A stretch of 64,000 nt of DNA from Azolla caroliniana (taxonomy: Eukaryota > Plantae > Polypodiophyta). Positions 1-12,600 of the stretch are shown piece by piece (the first letter of the stretch is position 1; every line of letters starts with the position of its first letter). The notes beneath the pieces were generated by a model, which saw only the letters and a list, made by a program, of their open reading frames with translations, searched no databases and was not told the DNA's origin. Where the stretch lies: positions 558,001-622,000 of the forward strand of contig JBHGNT010000006.1 in NCBI GenBank assembly GCA_043228905.1. Reading direction: 5' to 3'. The translations under genes were made by a program, and so were the position numbers.

Positions 1-681
1 GTTCTGTCCAGACATAGTGGAAAAACGTTCACACATAGCTCTATTAAAATGTGCAACAAGAGCAAGGTGTCACGGATATAGGTAAAGTGCTCATCCACCA
101 ATTCATCATGATCTTGGACCTTTCCAAATTGTAACCAATAATAGCATTTCTTACCTTTTTTGGAGTAAAAAAGGTGGATTCACGTGGGCATGAGCCCTAT
201 GGGTGGAGGAATGGGCATGCTTTGGGATATCATATAGTACCCTTTGTGAATGCTACAGTTTAGATGAGCTTGGTTGTGTGGTAAAGAGATGTGAATCTAT
301 AAATATAAGTTGATATGAAAACATTATAACAAGATCACTCATATTTTGAGTATATGTACAAATGAAGTGCAAAGATGTAGGCAAAGATGTGGGAGAAAGT
401 TTTTAGATGATAAAGCATTCATTGGCTTGATAGATGCTCAAGGTCTCCTGCTTATTTATAAATTATTTGAAAGTGAATCATGTATCTTACTTTCTTTAAG
501 ATTTCAATCTCCCTTAGAAGCTTTTGATATACTCGAGCTAGAGGTTCAAACGGCTGATTAATGAAATTTTGTTGTCCCATAAGGTAGACATTACATCTAT
601 TATCCATTTTTTCAACTTTTTCTTTTGCTTGATCTAGATATCTTGATATTAACATTATCAACCCTTTTTATTGGTCCACAG

Positions 682-3600
682 CTGATACTTCCTTTCATTG
701 ATGTTGATCTGAAATATTTTGACCTTGGGATCCTTAATCGAGATGCAACAAATGATTCGGTAACTGTAGAAAGTGCAGAAGCCACATTAAAGTAAGTTTG
801 GACGAGCCTTATCTCATGTTCTTCAATATTTGTGCTTGATCATATGTACAAATTGTCTTTTCTGTGATTATTCATGCCATATATGCTGCAACGATCCAGG
901 TACTTGAGTCCGTCCATTGTACAGGGTAGAGTGTGACAAATTTGATTCTTTTCCTAACTCTTTACTGTGGGTTTGCACTATCATTATGCCCTGTCACCAC
1001 CACGTAGTTCATGTATCTTTAGGAGTCTAGAGCTTTTATTTTTGTTTCAGTATACATAACTTGAATTGAGCCATATTTGTAATCATGATTAGTAATCAGC
1101 AACAGTATGGTTAAGTTCAGGAGACTCTAAACTCAAATTGTTTAAAAAATTTTAAACTTCAACCAAACCGAAAAACCTTCAGACCAAAACTGTTTAAACT
1201 GACACCATTTAAACCAAACTGTTGGGGGCATTTTCTAGCTCAAACCTAATGATTTAAGAATTCGCCAGTCATTAAGCCGTTAAGCTGCAATGTCACAGTT
1301 TTGAACTGAATTAATGGAAAATGTACACTCAAATTTTCAAGAAAGGTTTTTTTTTTAAAATTCAAAAAGAGAAATAAAACATCAAAGTATTGTTAGGGTT
1401 CCAAGTTAAAACGTCATCATACATATTACATCATTTATAAAGTTGGTTTAAAAATTTAATAAATATTTCTAAAATGTCCTTTCAAACTGTTAAGTTGTTA
1501 AAACGCAGTTTGAAGCTGAATAAAGGACAAAACCCTTAGCCAATAAAGGCTCAAACCGAACTCTTAAAACCCCAAGCCAAGCCAAACCCAACTATTTCAC
1601 ATGTTAAGCCGTTAAGCCACGTTTTCCCATTTTGTGTCAGCTCAAACCAAACCATTGCCCATTTCACAATGTTTTCCCATGCACACAATTCATGTTGTCC
1701 AAGGTCAATTTACTCTCTTTCCCCAAAGAAAAAGGGGCTTAGAGAAAAGGAACGAACTTTGGCTGCATTAAAAGAGAGCATTTGCACTTATATAGAGATT
1801 TATCTATATCTTGGAGGCACTTTTCCAATGTAGAAGATAGCTAGGGTTTTGGGTGGAGTTGTGCCGCTTCCTAATCATGATTTGTCTCATAGGCTGATTA
1901 TTGCCTCTGGTAGACATTTAACTGTGCTTATTTGATACACTTGTCACTTCACATCTTTTCTATGGAGTAGAAACGTGGGAACCAAGTCTTAACAAGGCAA
2001 ATAACTGGAAAGATTTAGAGAGACCTTTAGTCTCAATGATTGCCTTCATGATAAGTAGCAAAGCATTGGTGCCCCTATAATCATCGACGCATTATTCCGA
2101 TCAGTGACCATCACTCTTATTCATGATACTAGTAAGTCATGGACTACACAAATGGGCTCCTAACCAAAACATAACGAAGGGGTTACACTAGATTGGGTAA
2201 TAGCAATTTGCCTCGGCCTCATGGACCATGATCTCACCACTCTTATCATCGATAGATAAAGGCCATTATCTCCCAGGATTGCTGGTGCTTCCCTCACTTT
2301 GGAGACATTTATTTTTGTTTGTTGTTTCCAAAGACAAGACAACACTTACGATACAACTCTTATTTGGTCTTATAGGCCATTTTGGCCTCTCAAAAGACAG
2401 TAATCTATTTATCTATCTTTCTTTCTTGTGTATATATAGATAAAATTTAACTAAAATATTTCTGTGTCATCATGATTATATTTTTATATCAATGCCCATA
2501 ATTGCATATTTTTTGCGATTTTTTGGACATGGATCATATCTTGTAGGCCGATTCTGCTTCTAGTAGATGTCAACCATCATTTTTTTGTTGGTACATTGCA
2601 CATATTAAATTCCATTTTCTTTGCAATTTTATTTCTACTTGTTCTATTATTTGTTACTTAATGATATCTGTCTAGCTGTCTATAGTGTCTTATCATTGAT
2701 TGTTATTTCAATTTCTTGGTATTTTGTTTCATTTATATTATTAGTATCTCCATCTCTTTATCTCTCTCTTGATCGGGCAATGGCAATTTGCCGTGCACGT
2801 AGGCCCCGGCCCCATGGACCACGACCCCGACACCCTTGTCATCGACAAATAAAAGCCATTATCTCCCGCCATCGTCGGTGCTTCCCTCGCTTCGGAGACA
2901 TTTCCATTCTGGATTGACCTATGATAGAGATCTTTCGGAGACAAAAGCTACAATATACCTAACTTGAGACTCTCGCATGTGCCAAAAACCAGATTCTCTT
3001 GTCTCTTTTCTTTTCATCTTATTTACTTTTATATTTACTGTGTAATATTTACTTTATTTTGATTTGTTCTCAAAGACGAGAAAACATTTAAGATGTAATC
3101 TCTTATTCGGTCTTATAGGCCATTTTGGCCTCTTAAAAGACGTTAATATATCTTTCTTTCTTTCTTTCTCTCTCTCTGTGCCTGACTTTCTCATGCATAT
3201 GCAGCCCTTGGTGCTCTCGAGAGACAATGTGCACATTTGCAGTTCCAAGAGCCACGGACTAAGCTATGGTTATTTGATACACTTGTCACACCAACTCTTC
3301 TCTATGGAGTAGAGACATGGGTATTAAGACCGAGTCTTAATAAGGCAAATCATTGGAAAGATTTAGAGAGACCTTTAGTGTCAATGATTGCTCGCATGAT
3401 AAGGAGCAAAGCATCGGTGCCCCACGATATAATCCAGGTAGAGATGGGAGCAGCACCTATAATAACCGAGGCATTGTTCCGATCAGTGACATTTATCCAA
3501 CATCTTTGGGAGCTCCCTAAATGAAGGTACCCAAGGTTGGCACTTATGTCATCAAAACAACTGGCCTGAAAATGGAGACACTCATTGTTGGTATGCTGAA

Positions 3601-6600
3601 ATGCAGCAATGGTTCAAGTCACATGGCATGAGTATAAATACACTACCCCCGTTCCAATATAGCTTGGACTGTCCCCATCTAAATATGACCAAAGTGGAAA
3701 AGAATAGAGTGATCTGAACTGATATTATTAACTTGGAAAACAAGATAACATGGATCAACCCCAAAATACCACTCAGTACAAAGATGGCCCACTATAAGAC
3801 ACACTTCTTACATGCATCGGAGGATGGATTTGTCATCAGGCCACCTTATATGGACATACATCTATCCTATGCACTGCGTAGTGTGATAGGGCAGCTGCGA
3901 ACTTCATCACATCAGCTACAGATTGAGGTAGGCAGATATACACGACTACCTCTAGAAGAGAGAATTTGCCAATTGTGTCATCAAGGAATGGAATCTGAAG
4001 AACACTATGGTTGTCATTGTAGTGTCTTTTATGAAATCAGAGGGAGATATCATTGCCTCTTTAAACAAGGCTTTGGCCTACTACGCAAGGTAATGGAATA
4101 TGAGGACCAACGATGCCTAGGTACTTTTCTTGCTAGAGCTCAAGAGACATCAGGAAAAGTTGTTGAAGAATACAGCCACACAAGCTCATCCACAAAGAAC
4201 AATCACAACTTTCTTTAGCCCCATCACTCCTAATGCTAGAAGTCAACCCCGGGATACACAAATGGGCTTCAGACCAAGACATAACAAAGGGGTTACAATT
4301 GATCGGGCAATTGCAATTTGCCGTGCACGTAGGCCTCGGCCCCATGGACCACGACCTCGACACCCTTGTCATCGACAGATAAAATCCATTATCTCCCGCC
4401 ATTGTAGGTGCTTCCCTCGCTTCGGAGACATTTCCATTCTAGATCGACCTATGCTAGAGATCTTTTGAAGACAAAAGCTACAATATACCTAATTTGAGGA
4501 TCTCACATGTGCCAAAAACCAGATTCCCTCATTAATTTTCTTTTCATGTTATTTACTTTTATATTTACTGTGTAATATTTATTTTATTTTGATTTGTTCT
4601 CAAAGACGAGACAACACTTAAGATGTAATCTCTTATTTGGTCTTATAGGCCATTTTGGCCTCTTAAAAGATGTTAATATATCTTTCTTTTTGTCTCTCTC
4701 TCTTTCACACACACTCCAATTTGTAAGCCCAAAGAATATATGGGAACTTCTGTTTGACTTATGGCCTCATTTATCAATACATTTGCTTTGGTATTGCATT
4801 ACAGGTATAATGTAGCTGTAAAATGCGCAACAATCACACCTGGTGAGTTGGGGAACATAGGAATATTTTATTGCTATATTTGACCAGGATCATTTATCAT
4901 ATTGACTTCATTATCTATAGATGAAAGTCGTGTTAAAGAATTTGGCCTGAAAAAGATGTGGAAGAGTCCAAATGGAACCATTAGAAATATTTTGAATGGT
5001 ACATTCTTTCTGTTCTTGTACTTTTCATGTTTAAGTAGAGCTAAAGATGATGTACGTGTTAGTGCCTAATATATTAACCTATTTTTTCAGGGACCGTCTT
5101 CCGTGAGCCTATTATCTGTAAAAACATTCCTAGGTTGATTCCAGGCAAGCATATTTTTTATATTTTATTTTTGGCAATACAGTTACCGAAATATGATTCA
5201 GTTGCCATTTATTTTTTCAGGATGGACAAAACCTATTTGTATTGGGAGGCATGCTTATGGAGACCAATATCGTGCTACTGATATGGTTATTGATGGCCCA
5301 GGGACACTAAAGCTTATTTTCGGTATGCCTTTCCAGTCTTACAAATTTAAATACATTGGTATCCCAGAATTCTTTTGTTCAAGCTCTGATGCTTTAACGT
5401 AAAACAAGTCTTTGATGAGTTTGAGTTTACTCATCGGTCAGCTTGTGTTTTGACTATCATCCTATTATTGACAGTTTAATGCTAGTTCTTTTGACTATAT
5501 TAATTCTCTTATCTATCTAATGGTTTAATAAAGTTGATATCTTTGATGATTTTGAGTTTACTAATCTGCATTTGTTTTGACTATCATCATTGGCAGTTTG
5601 ATGCTAGTTCTTTTGATTATATAACTCTTTTACCCATCTATTTGAACAGTGCCAGGAAACGGTGGTGAACCAGTAGAACAAGAGGTTTTCAAGTTTGAGG
5701 GTGCTGGGGGTGTTGGACTGGCAATGTATAATACGGAAGAGGTGCGGAGTTCTAGGCTTAAGAATACACTAGTGCTGCATTTTTGTTGAGAGAGAATCAT
5801 GCATGCATCCCCTAGAGTTCAGTATTAATGGAAATGTTTCATGGTTTTACAAAATTTCTGGTTTTTAGGCACTCTTTTGGAGTTCCAAAACTAGTTTCAT
5901 ATAACAATTTGCATGCTGGTGCATGTAAAACTTTGTTAATTTATATGAAAGAAGAGTTTTGAAATTTAGATGAGTTTCAGATGGTTGGTACTTTTCATTT
6001 ATGAATATGGTTGTAGGCGCATCAGGATCTCGTAAATTCTGTTACATAACTTTCCTTTTGTGTAGCCCATCCCATTCAGAGGAACCCTGTTTCATTCATG
6101 CATCTTCATCTTTTGAACAATGATCATACAATATTGAATCTAAAGAGTGCTATATGCTCTCAATCTCCACTACCTTTCCCAACTATATTCCATTCTCCTA
6201 GTTAGGTGACCCAAGCTGACAATGGTCAAAGACCATCACCTTTGTCTATACCAGAAAAAAAAAATAGGAGGCATTGAAATGGAGCTGGAATTCCTTTGTA
6301 CAATGTCGTAAGTGAAAATGTAGGATACAGATCAATGTATCCTCCCCTTGTATTAATGTCATACGAGTAGCCTCTCGGTACTATCTCCTTTCCCATACTC
6401 CTTTGATGCACCGTCATCTTTCACAGTGACTCTGAGATTAGCAAAATTAACTTGGACATTGCATATCCATCTACCTCATGAATTGAGATGTACCACCGTT
6501 ACACCTACCTCCCTTTCATCATATTAATTCAAGATATAGGTAGGTAAAGGCATGTATCTCCCTACCAGAGGATAGTTCAGTTATGCTATACAGAGCCAGA

Positions 6601-9600
6601 GTTTGAGTAGCATTACATATGCAGCTGTCCATTTTCCTTTGAGATCTGAGCACACTTCCGCCACTTCTTTATGGAGGGTTTAGATCATTCTCCCGGGTCA
6701 TGGTTGTTAAGCAGTTTCTTCTGATGATGAGACAGCCTTGCAGTACCTGTAGGGAGGTAGATGTCGGACTACTACGAAAGGCCATTCCAAGAGACCACAG
6801 AGAAAGGAAAACTATCAGGTAATACAAGGATATTGCTGGGCCGAGCAGTTCATTTGGCTCGCTCCAGGCATTTGAGGATACATGATCCACTCATGTTCTA
6901 CCTCTTTCAGACATGTACTTATTTTGTACTTCATAATCTCCACATTACTCATACCCATGGTTCTCATATCATTAAACTTTGATCACAGCCTAGTTATGTA
7001 GGCCAGTTACATTGTTTAGCTACACTTTAACCTTGTTTTATTTTACCAGACATTCTAGAAATAATAAAATTTGCATCAGTGCAACTCTGGTCTCTTAGGT
7101 CACTTTGGCCTTCTGAAGCAGTATAACATTTCATTTCATATCTCTTATTGTCAAGTATAACGGCAGCATCTATAGTCTCCATGTCCTGCAACTTTTGTAC
7201 AAGTCTCAGTTGAGTCACATTGTTAGCAGGCAGCCAATACAGCATCCTCTAAGGATCCTTGTAGTTCCATCCAAGAGCAGGTATTATATCTATTCCAGGA
7301 ATCTGATACTTGCTCTCTCCTTTTTCTGTACAATGCAGTAGTAGATAATGCATGCATTTTTGAGGTAAGACCATACAATTTTACTCTTATATGCACTTCT
7401 AAAGTGGAGATAGTAAATTTATAGACCCTGTTTGGGTTTTTCACCTGCCTGTAGTAGCACACTAATACTCACAGCTCATACATTGTACAAGCTGTACAGA
7501 TAAGCATATGATATGCATTTTATGTTTTCCCCCATGTTGTTTACAATACTACTTTCATTTTTCTTTAGAAGAAAGAAAGATATATTATCATCTTTTAAGA
7601 GGAAAAAATGACCTATAAGACCAGACAAGAGATTATATCTTAAAATGTTGTCTCATCATTGAGAACAGCAAACCAAAATAAACGTAACTATGGAAAAAAG
7701 TAAATAGAAATAGAGCTAAGACATGAAGAAAGAATCTCGTCATCTATACATGTAAGATTCTCAAGTCAGATATTGTACATGTTTTCTTCAACAGATTTCT
7801 AGCATGGGTCAATCCAGAATGGAGAGGTCTCCGAAATGAGGGAAGCACCTGCAATGATGGAGATAATGGCCTTTAACTATCAACGATGAGGGTGGTGAGA
7901 TCATGGGCCTACGTGCATGACCCATTGATATTGCCCGATCTATCGCAATGTCCTAGTTGGAACCCCATTTATGTAGCCTTGATTGACTTGTACCATCGTT
8001 AGTGTTTGGGCTAAAGAAAGTTGTGATTGTTCTTTGTTGATGAGCTTGTGTGGCTTTGTTGTTGTCCGTCAACAACTTCTTCCCGTGTCTCTTGAGTTCT
8101 AGCAAGAAAGCCCCAAGCACTGTTTGGTCCCCATTTTCCATGACCTTGCTCTTACTTCATAAAAAACTGTATAATGACGAACATAGTATTCTTCAAATTC
8201 CACTCCCTGATAGCACAATTGGCAAATTCTTTCTTCTAGAGGTATCCTTGCATATCTGCCTACATCAATCTCTAACTGATGGGAAGAAGTTCGTAGCTGC
8301 CCTATCACACTACACAGGGCATAGGATATATGTATGTCCATATAAGATGGCCTGATGATGACTCCATCCTCTGATGTGTGTAAAAAGTGTCTCATAGTAG
8401 GCCATCTTCCTACCAAGAGATGTCATTTATGAATATATCCATGTTGAGAAAGTTGTTTTGATGTCATAAGTGCCAACCTCGAGTACCTTTTTTTAGGGAG
8501 CTCCCAAAGCCATTGGATGTTGGTCAGTGATTGGAAAAATGCCTCGATGATTATTGGGGCCGCTCCAATCTCTGCCTGGATTATAGCATGGGGTGCAGAT
8601 TCTTTGCTCCTTATCATGCGGGTAATCATTAAGACCAAAGGTCTCTGTAAATCTTTCTAGTTATTTTCCTTGTTAAGACTCAGTCCTCAGGTTTCTACTC
8701 CATAGAGAAGAGTTGGTGTGACAGTGTAACAAATAGCCACAATTGAGTTTGTGGTCCTTGGAGTTGCAAATGTGCACATTATCTTTCAAGAGCACCAATG
8801 GCTTCATTTCCACAAGAAACTCGAGCACAAACAGCCTCCCATAAGGAGAACTGAGATCCTTTGAATGTTATTCTGAGGTACATGTAGAATCATGTCCTTT
8901 ACGTCTCAGAAGTGGAAAAGAATAGAGTGATTCGAACTGATATTATTAACTTGGAAAACAAGATAATATGGATCACCCCAAAATATCACAAAATCTGATA
9001 TTATTACCTTGGAAAACAAGATAACATGGCTTCATATCCACAAGAAACTCCAGCACAAACAGCCGCCCATAAGGAGAACTGAGGTCCTTTGAATGTTACT
9101 CTAAGGTACATGTAGAATCGTGTGTATGCCACCTTTACGTCTCAGAAGTGGAAAAGAATAGAGTGATCCAAACTGATATTATTAACTTGGAAAACAAGGT
9201 AACATGGACCACCCCAAAATATCACTTGGTAGGAAGATGGCCACTATCAGACACGCTTTTTACACACATCGGAAGATGGATTTATCATCAGGCCATTTTA
9301 TATGGACATACATCTATCCAATGCGCTGCACAATGTGATAGGGTAGCTGCAAACTTCATCACATCAGTTAGAGATTGAGTTAGGCAAATATGCACAAATA
9401 CCTCTAGAAGAAAGAATTTGCCAATTGTGTCATCAGGGAGTTCAATCTGAGAACACTATGTTTGTCATTGTAGTGTTTTTTAAGAAATAAGAGAGATACC
9501 ATTGCCTCTTTAAACAAAGTTTTGGCCCACCACACGAGGTAATGGAATATGAGGAGCAACAGTGCATGGGATTTTTCTTGCTGGAACTCAAGAGACACAG

Positions 9601-12600
9601 AGAAAAGTTGTTGAAAGGACATTAGAGTACATCCACACAAGCTCATCAAGAAAGAACAATCACAATTTTATTGAGCCCCTCACTCCTACTCATGCTACAA
9701 GTCTATCAAGGACTACACAAATGGACTCCTGACCAGGACATAACAAAGGGGTTACATTAGATCAAGCAATAGCAATCTGTTGTGCATGTAGGCCCTGGCC
9801 CCATGAACCACAATCTCACCACCCTTGTCATTGATAGATAAAGGCCATTATCGCCTACCATTGCAAGTGCTCCCCTCACTCTGGAGACCCCTCCATTCTG
9901 GATCAACCTATGCTAGAGATCTTTCGAAGACAAAAAGTACAATAGAGCTGACTGGAGAATCTTACATATACCGATAACAAGATTGTTTGGCCTCTTTTTA
10001 TCTTATTTACTATTTTTACTCAACAATTGTTTTGTTTTATTTGTTCTCAAAAATGAGATGATGTAATCTCTTTTTTGGTCTTATAGGCCATTTTGGCCTC
10101 TTAAAAGATGTTAATATTTCTTTCTTGCCCAAGAAGAGTTCTGGTTCTGATATTGTTAGTAGTTACTCATGCTTGCATGCAGTTAAACACCATCACTGTC
10201 TGTACAAAATACTTTTGAGGCATTTAGATGTCTTTGTAGTCCTTCCTGAATATCGAATATCATTTGACATAAACATCTTCGAAACTGACAAGATCATGTG
10301 TTACATCCATGTGAATATTATAGAATGTGTTGCAATAAGAAACTAAACCAGGTAGCAGACTCATTTAATTATTATGTGATCATCGAAGTACAATGATATT
10401 GGGACTATGGGCACAAGTAATACAGTGGGTACAATGTAAATAATAAATAAATCTTATAGGGGTAAACTATGACTGGATCAGCTCATGAACACACTTATCT
10501 TCCGCTTACTTCATAAAAAAACTACAGTGACAAACATAGTGATCTTCAGATTCCACTCCCTGATGGCACAATTGGCAAATTCTTACTTGTAGAGGTATTC
10601 GTGTGTATTTGCATACCTAAATCTCTAAACTGATGTGATAAGGTTTGCAGCTGCCCTATTACACAGTGCAGCGCATAGGATAGATGTATGTCCATATAAG
10701 ATGGTGTGACGATGAATCAATCATCCGATGTGTGTAAAAAGCATCTTGTTGGCCATTTTGCTACCAAGTGACATTTTGGGGCTGATTCATGTTATCTTGT
10801 TTTCTACGTTATATTATCAGTTCAGATCACTCTATTCTTTTCCACTTTTGTCATGTTTAGATGGGGCCAATCCAATCTATATAGGAATGAGTGAAAGAGA
10901 GGGATAGATTTTATAATGAATAATATCCTGAATGTTGCAGTCTATCCGTGCCTTTGCTGAATCGTCTATGAGCATGGCCCACCAAAAACTATGGCCACTC
11001 TACCTAAGCACAAAGAACACAATTTTGAAGAAATACGATGGCAGGTGTGTCATTCCGTTTTGTATAGTGGTTCCTGATTTTGGAACGCAGTATACTGATT
11101 GTTTAAAAAACTTGCTGCAGATTTAAAGAAATATTTCAAGAAGTCTATGAGAAGACTTGGAAGTCAAAATTTGAAGCAGCAGGAATATGGTTTGAGCCAA
11201 ATCTGATAAGTGATTTCCCCCCTTTGTAATGGCACGCGTAACAAAGGACATTTAATGCTGCAGGTATGAACATAGGCTTATTGATGATATGGTGGCATAT
11301 GCTCTCAAAAGTGACGGAGGTTATATCTGGGCTTGCAAGAATTATGATGGGGATGTACAAAGTGATTTTCTGGCACAAGGTATAATACTCCTTTCAGTAG
11401 AAAATTTCGAGAGTCAGGAGTCCTCAATTCAGAAAGATTATGCCTGTGCATGACATGTATGATAAAGTTAATGGGTTGGTTGATGAAACAAGAGGAAGAG
11501 TTTCTTGGAATAGCATTAACTTCTGAGTAATAGCTTCGTTTAATTGATGCAGGTTTTGGGTCTTTGGGCTTGATGAGATCAGTTCTTGTAAGTTACTTGA
11601 ACTATAGTTTATTTTTAGTTGTGTGTAGGTCTTGCGACATTTTGTGTGATCATCATGGAATCTCTTATATTTTTCTGGTGCTGAATGTTAAGAAGTTTTA
11701 TATAAACTTGTAGACACCTTTCACATCTGCCAAACATAACATTTTACGATTTGATCTCCTTTCATGCAAGCCTAATTATGCAATTGTGATTGATAGGATA
11801 CAGTCATCATTTATTTTCTCACAACCTTACATTCTTTACTAGATAACCTACTTGTCATTGTGTAAATGATATGAATAACTATTTCTTTAATAAAATTGAG
11901 TGTCTTACAGGATGTAACTGCTTTTAAGGGAAAGATGGCATTTTTTAGGGTGTTCCACATTATGCAAACGAAACTCACCCACAAGTCGAATTTTTCTTGC
12001 CTTGAAATCTGATCTACTGCTGAAAATATCTTCCACTCCAAAACAAATTTCATGATACAGCTTACTATATATATATATATAAGACTTTGTTTATTGACAC
12101 ATTGTTATATAGAAATGCTCTAATGTATCTTTATCTTGAGTTGGATTGTGTGCATGACTGATCTGTGTTCTAAATATAATTTTATTGATGACAGATGTGC
12201 CCTGATGGCAAAACAATTGAAGCTGAAGCTGCTCATGGTACAGTGACACGTCACTTCCGTGTACATCAAAAAGGAGGAGAGACTAGTACAAATAGTATTG
12301 CATCCATTTTCGCATGGACATGTGGCCTTGGACATAGGTCTGGTTTTGGTGATACATATTCTAGATGTGGAATGCTAGGAGCATATTCTTAAAATCATAT
12401 CCTGGATGCAGGGCAAAACTGGATGGTAACAATGAACTTCTCAATTTTGTGCTGAAGTTGGAGACTGCTTGTGTAGAGACAGTAGAAAGAGGAAAAATGA
12501 CAAAGGATTTGGCCATACTTATTCATGGTCCCAAGTATGTATCTCTATAATTCCAGGGAATTTTCCAGTCTTTTATGTTACAATGGATTGAATCTTACAG

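Noticed and set aside
5409-5640. Intronic duplicated units starting TGATGA, like box C of C/D snoRNAs
   Set aside because: No terminal box D (CTGA), terminal stem or recognisable rRNA guide. A simple duplication explains it.
6660-6900. GC-richer coding-like patch within the IDH intron 5742-10940
   Set aside because: No recognisable motif or coherent splice frame, and the IDH protein is continuous without it.
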